Shown here: positions 57,212 to 64,000 of the stretch, piece after piece
Layout: the number at the start of each line of letters is the position of its first letter
How positions within the stretch are numbered: position 1 is the first letter of the stretch
From: Oscillospiraceae bacterium
Lineage (GTDB): Bacteria; Bacillota; Clostridia; Oscillospirales; Ruminococcaceae
Direction: 5' to 3'
Length of the DNA: 64,000 nt
Assembly (NCBI GenBank): GCA_018110935.1
Contig: JAGDBX010000090.1
Span: forward strand, 401 to 64,400
Made by a program: the position numbers and the translations under genes
Notes under the pieces: model-generated
What the model saw: the letters and a program-made list of their open reading frames with translations, nothing else
Database searches by the model: none
What the model was told of the DNA's origin: nothing

Positions 57212-58516
57212 TCCGGCAAGCGTCGCGTAATCCTGTGTACCAAAAATATTGGTCTGCGGCAGATAGCCGTACCCGACACCGAGATCGGTATATTTATCAT
57301 TGAGCATCGTCTCGCGGTGTCCGCCGGTGGAGATATACCACTTATGCGCCGATGAGAAAGGATGCCGGAAGCCCTTGTCCACATTTTCGCCGACCGGTTT
57401 GCAGGGTGTTCCGACCGCCGCGATGATGCGGTCCGTCGGCGTGGAACCGGTCACCGGATCCAGATGCGGCTGCCCGATCGCGCCGTCCAGAACCGAGGCC
57501 AGCGCAAGGGAATGCGCGGCGGCACATTCCGCCAGCAGCGGATTCCAGCGCAGCGGATTCCGGCCGTTGATGCCGCGGATCGCGTTTGTCACATAATAAT
57601 TGAGCTTTGCAAACACGGACAGATCGGACGGATCCGCAACGGAATCCACCACGAGATAAGCACTGGAATGCAGCGCCATCACAGCGTACATCTCCCCTGT
57701 TCCGTCCGGATGCGTGTCACGGTATTCCGTGATCGTGTAAAGATTTGTGCAGACGTATTCCTTTCCCGTTGTATAATACCCGACGACAATGCCGTCACGC
57801 GAGAACATGATCAGTGTATCAGCCGGATCGGAAGCAAAGACATAAAAGTCCATCGTACAGCTGTTGTAAGCAAGCGTCAGTATTTCGGTCACATCGCCGT
57901 AAATGTCCTTGATCTCCGAAAAGCCAAGCACATTCGCAGCCGCGTGGCCGAGCGGGAGCACCCGTTCACCGACGATCAGCGCAGACGCATCTGTCGGGAG
58001 GACAGACGAACCGGCGGTCGTACCGGATGCCGTTGTTTCGGAATCCTGCACAGTCGTCTCCGTTTCCGTGCCGGTCAGCTCGAACGAAGAATCAAAGGTC
58101 TGCTCTGTTTCGATCGCAGTGGTTTGTTCTGTCTCCGGAACATCGGTCTGATCTGTTTCCGGGAATTCAGTCTGTTCATTCGCAGAAGGCGCCGTCGTCC
58201 CCTCTGCCTGCTGCGGCAGGTCCAGATCATTGTTCACGCCCGCAAGATAGCCGATCAGAACACCGTTGTCCTCTGATGTGACAAGGCCGTCCCGGTTGCA
58301 GTCGGCATTCCGGACGCCCTGAACGGTCACCCACGCTTCGGGATCCTCGGAACAGTAGCGTGCCAGAAGCACGGAATCCGCAACACTGACCGCGCAGTTT
58401 TCATCGACATCACCCGGACGGTCAGCCGCTCCGGCGGAGACTGCGGCAATTCCGGCATTCACCGTAAGTGCCGCTGCCAGACCGGTCAGCACAGCTGAAA
58501 TCGAAAATCGCCGCAT
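57209..58516 (-). CDS. Secreted dockerin-containing CAP/SCP (YkwD-like) domain protein
   Basis: Start is at MRRFSISAVL (signal peptide), preceded by GGAGGAGGA. The N-terminal dockerin reads GDVDENCAVSVADSVLLARY...DCNRDGLVTSEDNGVLIGYLAG. A Thr/Glu-rich linker follows. The C-terminal SCP pattern is NAIRG...PLRWN..L...A..HS...GENV...GHRETMLNDKYTDLGVGYG. Confidence 0.75.
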   Translation of the reverse strand: MRRFSISAVLTGLAAALTVNAGIAAVSAGAADRPGDVDENCAVSVADSVLLARYCSEDPEAWVTVQGVRNADCNRDGLVTSEDNGVLIGYLAGVNNDLDLPQQAEGTTAPSANEQTEFPETDQTDVPETEQTTAIETEQTFDSSFELTGTETETTVQDSETTASGTTAGSSVLPTDASALIVGERVLPLGHAAANVLGFSEIKDIYGDVTEILTLAYNSCTMDFYVFASDPADTLIMFSRDGIVVGYYTTGKEYVCTNLYTITEYRDTHPDGTGEMYAVMALHSSAYLVVDSVADPSDLSVFAKLNYYVTNAIRGINGRNPLRWNPLLAECAAAHSLALASVLDGAIGQPHLDPVTGSTPTDRIIAAVGTPCKPVGENVDKGFRHPFSSAHKWYISTGGHRETMLNDKYTDLGVGYGYLPQTNIFGTQDYATLAG

Positions 58517-58635
58517 AAATCCTCCTCCTTCCGGACCGGACGGAAGCGAGCCGCCGGTCAAGATTTTTGACAAACGGTTTCACAGTGCTTCTTTCAGGTT
58601 CAAAATGATTCAGATCAGGGGCGGCGGGTCTGCGG

Positions 58636-59184
58636 TTATCTCTCGGGATGATAGACCATGATATCCGGCAGAAGGCGGTACTTTTCGTTATAGTCCAGCC
58701 CCCAGCCGACCACAAACAGGTCCGGGATCGTGAAGCCGATATAATCCGGCACGATCTCCGCACACTGCGGCACACGGCGTTCCGGCTTATCCAGCATCGT
58801 GCAGATGCGGAAGGACGCCGCCCCTTTATCCTCGAAATGGCGCTTGACAGCCGCCATTGTCTTACCGGTATCAACAATGTCCTCCAGAATCAGAACATGA
58901 CGCCCGCTGACATTGATGTCTTTTCCGAGATCGAAAACAGGCTCCAGTGCGGATTCAGTGTTGATATATGAATGAACCTTCAGAAAATCAAGCTCGATCG
59001 GAACCGTGATGCTCCGCACAAGGTCTGCAGAAAAGAACACGGCACCGCGCAGCGTGCAGAGCAGCAGCAGCGGATTCTCCGCGGTCGCGGTCCCGGCGTA
59101 ATCGTCCGAGACGGCCGCGGCAAGCTCGGCAATCCGATGACGGATCTCCTCATTGGTTTTCAGCATGGTGAATTGCTCTGACAT
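58636..59184 (-). CDS. hpt: Hypoxanthine phosphoribosyltransferase
   Basis: The PRPP motif VLILEDIVDTGKT is present, and the 182-aa product has a typical Hpt layout. Confidence 0.93.
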   Translation of the reverse strand: MSEQFTMLKTNEEIRHRIAELAAAVSDDYAGTATAENPLLLLCTLRGAVFFSADLVRSITVPIELDFLKVHSYINTESALEPVFDLGKDINVSGRHVLILEDIVDTGKTMAAVKRHFEDKGAASFRICTMLDKPERRVPQCAEIVPDYIGFTIPDLFVVGWGLDYNEKYRLLPDIMVYHPER

Positions 59185-59273
59185 GGTAAATCGACTGTCC
59201 CTTCTGTTTGGATTTCAGTGAATCGGCAGCCAACATGCACACAAACGGAGCACACACTGCCACAGTTACTATT

Positions 59274-59302
59274 ATATTACCACAGTTTTTCTCAAAAGTC
59301 AA
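59274..59302 (-). promoter_or_regulatory. SigA-type promoter of hpt (TTGACT-17-TGgTAATAT)
   Basis: Reverse complement reads TTGACT (59302-59297), a 17-nt spacer, then TAATAT (59279-59274) with a TGg extension. Confidence 0.5.
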
Positions 59303-59364
59303 CTGATTTCAGAAAAATTACTGTGAAATCTGCATTGTGATTCTGCACAAATTCACTGATCGTT

Positions 59365-59462
59365 TTTTGTATCTGATACAAAACGCTGCCGGTTACCGCA
59401 GCGTTCTGTCTGCAGTAAAGAAAAGCGCAGAGGATCAAACGGAATTCGTTCCTCCCCTGCGC
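59365..59462 (-). terminator. Two successive terminator-type hairpins after ricT
   Basis: On the minus strand, hairpin 1 at 59425-59462 (gcgcag..gagg / cctctgcgc) is followed by TTTTCTTT. Hairpin 2 at 59382-59405 (aacgctgc / gcagcgtt) is followed by TTTTGTATC. Confidence 0.55.
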
Positions 59463-59470
59463 TCAGCATT

Positions 59471-60838
59471 TCACTCTGTTCCGCCGTCCTTCGGCTTCTG
59501 GCGGTGTTCGTCCGTGTGATGTCCCTCCGGACGCGGTCTGCCGCGGTGGAAATGATGCCGCCGCTCCTCGCTTCCGCCCTCGGACTGTGTGCGTTCGGAA
59601 GCTGCTCTGGCGCGTTCAGGATGTTCCACGACTGCACGGTGTTCGGTAAAATCATCGAGCATCGGAGCTGCCGTCCGCCGCTGAACCGGTTCACGCCGAA
59701 CCTGCACGCTGCGCGTCTGACGGTTCTCACCGAATTCTGTCCGCAAAGCAGGCTGAACCGCAGGCTGTGCGGAATGCTCAGTACGCTCAGCACGCTCGTT
59801 GCGTTCCGGACGCTCACTGTGCTGCTTTGCCGGACGCGGCTGCTTCGCCGGACGCGGCTGACGCACCTTTTCCGGTCTGGATTCGGGCTTTTCCGTCTTC
59901 TCCGTTTTTTCAGCAGCCTCTGTTTTTTCCGGTTTCTCCTGCTTTTTCACTTTGACGGCCTGCTGCGGAGCTGCCGCGGGATCCCGCTTCTCGCGCAGAT
60001 CCTCCTTTGTCATGCGGCGGCTCGCGTCTGTCAGCCGCTCCACACTGTCGCGGCTGACCGTGACCGGTGTGTCGGAGTTTTCCGGCTTGACACGGAGATT
60101 GCCCGTCACGAGATTCGCCTCCATAACATAGGCACGGATCGGCGGATCGCCCGGAAGCAGCACTGTCGAGCCCACCTTCGGCGTCAGCTTGATCAGCTCC
60201 TCGTATACGGGGCTTTCATAGCGCAGGCAGCACATCAGTCTGCCGCAAGCGCCGGAGATCTTTGTCGGGTTGAGTGCCAGTCCCTGCTCCTTTGCCATTT
60301 TAATGGAGATCGGCTGGAAATTGCTCAGATATCCCTTGCAGCAGAATTCTCTGCCGCAGATGCCGAGACCGCCGAGCAGCTTGGTTTCGTCGCGGTCGCC
60401 GATCTGTCTCAGCTCTATGCGCATGTGAAACTGCTGTGCCAGGTCCTTGACCAGTTCCCGGAAATCCACACGGGATTCTGCCGTGAAATAAAAGATCAGC
60501 TTATTGCTGTCAAAGCCGCACTCCACATCGACCAGACGCATCGGCAGCGCCCGCGCTTCGACGCGCTCCTCGCAGAAATGCATGGCTTCCTTCATAAACG
60601 CGCGGTTTTTCTCAAGGATCTCCAGGTCCGCTTCTGTTGCGATGCGGAGAATCGGCTTGAGCGGCGCGGTGATGCTGTCCTCCGGAACCGCATGACGCCG
60701 TGCAGCGACCTCCCCGCATTCCGGGCCGCGTGCTGTCTCGACAACGACATAAGTGCCCTCGGCGGGATTCAGATCACCCGGCTCAAAAAAGTACAGCTTT
60801 CCGCTGCTTTTGAATTTGACTCCAATTATTTCAACCAT
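59471..60838 (-). CDS. ricT: PSP1-domain protein RicT (YaaT) with a long basic/acidic low-complexity C-terminal tail
   Basis: Motifs GICGREFCCKGYL and GACGRLMCCLRYE (PSP1 Cys clusters) are present. The last roughly 165 aa are rich in E/K/R/P/Q repeats. Confidence 0.9.
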   Translation of the reverse strand: MVEIIGVKFKSSGKLYFFEPGDLNPAEGTYVVVETARGPECGEVAARRHAVPEDSITAPLKPILRIATEADLEILEKNRAFMKEAMHFCEERVEARALPMRLVDVECGFDSNKLIFYFTAESRVDFRELVKDLAQQFHMRIELRQIGDRDETKLLGGLGICGREFCCKGYLSNFQPISIKMAKEQGLALNPTKISGACGRLMCCLRYESPVYEELIKLTPKVGSTVLLPGDPPIRAYVMEANLVTGNLRVKPENSDTPVTVSRDSVERLTDASRRMTKEDLREKRDPAAAPQQAVKVKKQEKPEKTEAAEKTEKTEKPESRPEKVRQPRPAKQPRPAKQHSERPERNERAERTEHSAQPAVQPALRTEFGENRQTRSVQVRREPVQRRTAAPMLDDFTEHRAVVEHPERARAASERTQSEGGSEERRHHFHRGRPRPEGHHTDEHRQKPKDGGTE

Positions 60839-60874
60839 TGTATCAAACCATCCAAATATATAGTTTTTGCGTGA

Positions 60875-61861
60875 TCAGCAGGCCATCAGTGCCGCTGTCA
60901 GCGCAGAGACCGTCAGCACGGCTCCGACATTGCCGTCCAGATCCGCAAATGCCTCCGTAACCGCCCCGTGCATTTTCATCAGCCGGCGCGGAGAATACTT
61001 CGCGGCAAGCGCACGCGCGGCGGGCGCGTCACAGCCGAGCCGAGGCAGATCGCCCTCGAGCGAAAGGACAGCGGCATCGCGGAGCTGAAGATCAAAGAGC
61101 GAAAGCGTCTGACGCAGGGTATCCTTATCGGAAGCCGAAGCAGTCAGAAGCCGAAGCATTTCATATTCATTCTGCACAGCAAGCGCTTCCGTCAGCGCGG
61201 AAGCGGTTTCAACCGCCTGCTGCATGGCCGCATCGCGCAGATAATTCAGGCATTTTCCGATATTGCCGCCGAAGCGTGCCGAAGCGGACTGTGCCTCCGC
61301 GGCGGAAAAACCTGCTTTGCAGAGCTCTGCTTCACATTCGGCAGTTGTGACCGGACAAACCGCTTCCGCCGTCATTCGGGAAAGCAGTGTCGGCAGCAGC
61401 GCTCCGACCGTCTCCGCCGTAAAGACAAAGCAGGCGTGCGCGGGCGGTTCTTCCACAGATTTGAGCAGCGCATTCTGCGCCTGGATACTCATTTCATCCG
61501 CATCCGTAAATAAAAAGATGCGCATATCGCCGTTATTCGGCAGGATCGCCGCTTCTCCGCGGATCCGGCGGACCGTATCGACCGAAAAGCCGCCCTTTTT
61601 GCCGGAATGCTCCGCATAGAGCACATCGGGGTGCGCTTCCTCCGCGATGAGCCGGCAGTTCCTGCAGATACCGCAGGGAGCCTCAGACGCATGCTCGCAG
61701 AGAACCAGCATCGAGAACCATTTTGCCAGCAGCTTTTTGCCGCATCCGGCAGGGCCGTGCAGAAGCAGCGCGTGCGGCAGATGCGCGCCGGTCTTCATCA
61801 GACGAAGCTCGCGCAGCAGCGCCGCGTTTCCGGCAACCTCAGGGATTCCGTTTGTATTCAC
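60875..61861 (-). CDS. holB: DNA polymerase III subunit delta prime
   Basis: HALLLHGPAGCGKK is an AAA+ P-loop, and CGICRNCRLI is a Zn module. The GTG start overlaps the darA stop (GTGA). Confidence 0.88.
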   Translation of the reverse strand: MNTNGIPEVAGNAALLRELRLMKTGAHLPHALLLHGPAGCGKKLLAKWFSMLVLCEHASEAPCGICRNCRLIAEEAHPDVLYAEHSGKKGGFSVDTVRRIRGEAAILPNNGDMRIFLFTDADEMSIQAQNALLKSVEEPPAHACFVFTAETVGALLPTLLSRMTAEAVCPVTTAECEAELCKAGFSAAEAQSASARFGGNIGKCLNYLRDAAMQQAVETASALTEALAVQNEYEMLRLLTASASDKDTLRQTLSLFDLQLRDAAVLSLEGDLPRLGCDAPAARALAAKYSPRRLMKMHGAVTEAFADLDGNVGAVLTVSALTAALMAC

Positions 61862-62190
61862 AGCTTTTCAAACCGTTCGATATTCGTGACAAAGATCGTT
61901 GCACCGCCGACAGAAACCTCAAGCGGCATCGCGGGAACAGTGCCGGAAACGGGCGAACCGTAGGTCGGTGCGGACGGGACAAACTGCTTTCTGTGGTGAC
62001 ATTTCTGCTGGATGACATCGATTACGGCGTCGATCTGATCTTCCTCAACACAGATGAGAAAGGTGGTGTTGCCGGAGCTCAGAAAGCTGCCGGAAGACGC
62101 AAGCTTCGTCGCACGGAATCCGTGCTTGGAGAGTGCCTTCGAGACAGCTGCACTGTCATCTCCGTTCACAACCGCAAAAATCAGCTTCAT
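61858..62190 (-). CDS. darA: Cyclic-di-AMP receptor DarA (PstA/YaaQ, PII-like)
   Basis: I take the internal Met MKLIFAVVNGDDS. Motifs FRATKLASSGSFLSSGNTTFLI and VGGATIFV match YaaQ. Confidence 0.85.
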   Translation of the reverse strand: MKLIFAVVNGDDSAAVSKALSKHGFRATKLASSGSFLSSGNTTFLICVEEDQIDAVIDVIQQKCHHRKQFVPSAPTYGSPVSGTVPAMPLEVSVGGATIFVTNIERFEKL

Positions 62191-62283
62191 ATTTAAAATC
62201 GCCTCATTTCGTGTGTTTTTTCCTGTCAATCAAGGGGGATTCCGGACACTATGCAGTCCGGCCGCTTATGCGAACCCATCATT

Positions 62284-62312
62284 ATTATATCACAAACCGG
62301 TAAAATAAGCAA
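62284..62312 (-). promoter_or_regulatory. SigA-type promoter of darA-holB-ricT (TTGCTT-17-TGaTATAAT)
   Basis: Reverse complement reads TTGCTT (62312-62307), a 17-nt spacer, then TATAAT (62289-62284). Confidence 0.5.
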
Positions 62313-62323
62313 GACCGCACAGC

Positions 62324-62353
62324 AAAAAAATCCCTGTCCGGCAGGACGGGGAT
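62324..62353 (-). terminator. Rho-independent terminator of the XRE gene
   Basis: Stem atccctgtcc / ggacggggat (1 mismatch) with loop ggca. The minus strand then reads TTTTTTT. Confidence 0.75.
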
Positions 62354-62372
62354 TTCTCTCAAGGATCAGCGG

Positions 62373-62585
62373 TCACTCATATGGTTCTTTACGGTCAGTC
62401 AGACCGAGCAGATAGTCTGTGCTGGTATGATACAGCAGCGCCAGCTTTACAATGATCTCGACCGGCACCGGCCGCAGACCGCGTTCATATTTGGAATATA
62501 GCGACTGATCGCAGAACAGATAGTCTGCAACCGCCTGCTGTGTCAGGTCATGGTCTTCCCGCAGATTCCGGATTCGGACAAACAC
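62373..62585 (-). CDS. XRE-family helix-turn-helix transcriptional regulator (70 aa)
   Basis: IRNLREDHDLTQQAVADYLFCDQSLYSKYERG is an HTH_3 pattern. The start is GTG, with AAGGGGG 7 nt upstream. Confidence 0.88.
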   Translation of the reverse strand: MFVRIRNLREDHDLTQQAVADYLFCDQSLYSKYERGLRPVPVEIIVKLALLYHTSTDYLLGLTDRKEPYE

Positions 62586-62653
62586 AGAACCGCCCCCTTT
62601 ATTGCAGATGCTATGAACATATTATAAAGGACGCTTTCGTTTTTCTTCCCAGA

Positions 62654-62670
62654 ATAGGACAATATGTCCT
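62654..62670. promoter_or_regulatory. Operator O1 (ATAGGACAATATGTCCT), inverted copy of O2
   Basis: It is the reverse complement of the 17-mer at 62754-62770 and contains the palindrome AGGACA-TAT-TGTCCT. It lies upstream of the XRE gene. Confidence 0.65.
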
Positions 62671-62744
62671 TCTTTGAAACACTGTCATCTTGCACAAAAA
62701 CAAACCTGGCGCTCTGTTCAAAACAGAAAACAGGTCGAAAACGC

Positions 62745-62773
62745 TTGACTTTTAGGACATATTGTCCTATAAT
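62745..62773 (+). promoter_or_regulatory. SigA-type promoter of the DUF4230 gene (TTGACT-17-TATAAT) with operator O2 (62754-62770) filling the spacer
   Basis: TTGACT is at 62745-62750 and TATAAT at 62768-62773. AGGACATATTGTCCTAT occupies the spacer and the first bases of the -10. Confidence 0.65.
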
Positions 62774-62856
62774 GAATATGAAGTATACAGGTTCCTAAAA
62801 TCCGCAAGTGACTCGTCCGCATCATAGTTCACCAACAAAAACGGAGGTATCAAGTC

Positions 62857-63885
62857 ATGGCAGAAAAAACATCTGTATTCAAATCACTGAAAAAGAAATT
62901 CAGCGGAAAGCAACTGCTGGCGACCGTCATTGTTCTTCCGATTGTGCTCTTCATCTGCTGAGCATTTCTGTCCGGACGGGGCATCGTCGGCGGGCTGAAA
63001 ACAATGGTTTTCGGTGATGGGCCAGACCTTTCTGCACTCAAACCTACAGATTCCGAAACACTCACAACTGCCGAGCTGACAGAACTCGCAAAGCCCGCAT
63101 CAGAGCTTGTTTCACTGAAGTATTATTACACCGACGCCGATGAATATGAGCGTCACAAGGAGCTGTTCAGTATCTCACTGCCGGGAACGACAAACCATTT
63201 CGTCTTCGTATACAGCGGCATCATCAGCGCGGGCATTGATTTTTCCGCCGTAGAATATCAGATTACCGAGGAACCCCGCACCATTACAGTCAAACTGCCG
63301 GAGCCCAGTATCCTTTCACATGAGATGAAAGAAAAGGATTTTAAGTTTTATGATGTTTCAACCTCGAAGTTCGCGCCGCTCACGATGCAAGATTATACGG
63401 AACTCATGTCCGATCTCAAGCAGAAAAAAGAGTCGGCGTTTCTGCGCAACAAAGATAACTTCATGCAAACCGTTCTGGAAAATGCTGAAGCGGTCATCGA
63501 GCAGATTCTGACTGCAACCGGAAAAATCACAGACTACAGCATCCGGTTTGACCTGCCGGAACTGCCGGATCCAGCCGCTGCCGAAGCCACAGCAGAACAG
63601 ACAGCTCAGAACGAAGATGCTTCCGGCAGGATTGCCGTTCCGGACAGCGCAAAAGGCTACCGCGGAACACAGTATGAAGCTGTCAAAAACAAGCTGTCGG
63701 ACGCTGGCTTTACCAACATCATAACGGTTGAAAAGCCGGAACTCAGCGGCAACTGGCGTGATCTGCAAAAGGATGTCGGAGACATTGCCGAAATTTCAAT
63801 AGACGGAAACGACGGCTTTGCCAAGGGCGATCAATTCCCCCCTGACGCCACCGTCCGAATTGTATATTACACATTGAAGGAATAA
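62857..63885 (+). pseudogene. DUF4230-like membrane-anchored protein interrupted by a single in-frame TGA (62959-62961) inside its TM helix
   Basis: A GGAGG RBS precedes the ATG at 62857, giving a 34-codon ORF (MAEKTSVFKSLKKKFSGKQLLATVIVLPIVLFIC*). The 293-aa track ORF (63004-63885) is in the same frame, lacks a good RBS and lacks the TM anchor. Confidence 0.6.
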
Positions 63886-63895
63886 CAGAAAGCAC

Positions 63896-63926
63896 AAGGG
63901 CCGGAGGCAGAAAACCTCCGGCCCTT
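63896..63926 (+). terminator. Hairpin terminator after the DUF4230 gene
   Basis: A 12-bp perfect stem, aagggccggagg / cctccggccctt, with loop cagaaaa. The T-tail is poor. Confidence 0.55.
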
Positions 63927-64000
63927 CAGCTTGTCGAAAAAGGGATCGCTCCGCGATGATCGGGATCGAGCTCGGCCCAACCCTGCCAAAAGGATACGAT

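Noticed and set aside
14433-60874. Other long antisense ORFs in the track: 14433-15872(-), 16194-17339(+), 25277-26803(+), 27002-28237(+), 28059-29834(+), 34583-36199(+), 44475-46067(+), 51588-52904(+), 55621-57063(+) and 59504-60874(+)
   Set aside because: Each sits opposite a gene with clear family motifs (lysA, DUF4340, infB, ylxQ-nusA, GH26, GTPase-NYN, argC, argG, ricT). All are Arg/Leu/Ala-rich with no recognisable domains.
62959-62961. In-frame TGA as selenocysteine or a reassigned codon
   Set aside because: It lies in a hydrophobic TM helix, an unlikely site for Sec. I noticed no SECIS-like hairpin immediately downstream. TGA terminates many well-supported genes in this window.

Overview
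This 64-kb window looks like a chromosomal segment of a GC-rich Gram-positive anaerobe, judged by eye and not computed. It resembles Clostridia of the Oscillospiraceae/Ruminococcaceae type. The supporting features are two dockerin-bearing secreted proteins, Prp-processed L27, RicT/DarA, GTP-dependent PEPCK and LL-DAP aminotransferase. I call about 62 protein genes, most on the minus strand, and 2 tRNAs (Tyr-GUA, Thr-UGU). I saw no rRNA, CRISPR array, transposase, integrase or phage genes.

Most content is conserved housekeeping:
- NuoE/NuoF-like hydrogenase flavoprotein genes, prfB, maf, ligA and hisI/hisE.
- An M23 peptidase, a class A PBP, a THUMP methyltransferase and lysA.
- A GldA/F/G-like ABC module with a DUF4340 gene.
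- The full rimP-nusA-ylxR-ylxQ-infB-rbfA-nrnA-truB-ribF operon.
- yebC, mrnC-obg and rplU-prp-rpmA.
- rpiB, dapL and pckG.
- A complete arginine cluster, argG-argH-argC-argC-argJ-argB-argD-argF.
- hpt and darA-holB-ricT.

Many intergenic regions carry near-consensus SigA-type promoters (-35, 16-17 bp spacer, -10, often with a TGn extension) and hairpin terminators.

The main candidate for an undescribed system is a three-gene unit with its own promoter at 43552-47162 on the minus strand. It encodes an EF-G/TetM-type translational GTPase fused to a Rae1/YacP-type NYN RNase domain. A DUF4279 protein is translationally coupled to it, and a small TIR-like protein follows.

Other points of interest:
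- A CpsB/YwqE-like PHP protein that has lost all metal ligands.
- Tandem YbjN-domain paralogues.
- Tandem diverged argC copies, and small 2-TM ORFs coupled inside the arg operon.
- Two XRE regulators with clear operator arrays.
- A DUF4230 gene interrupted by one in-frame TGA.

All calls come from reading the sequence and the ORF track; no database search was run.
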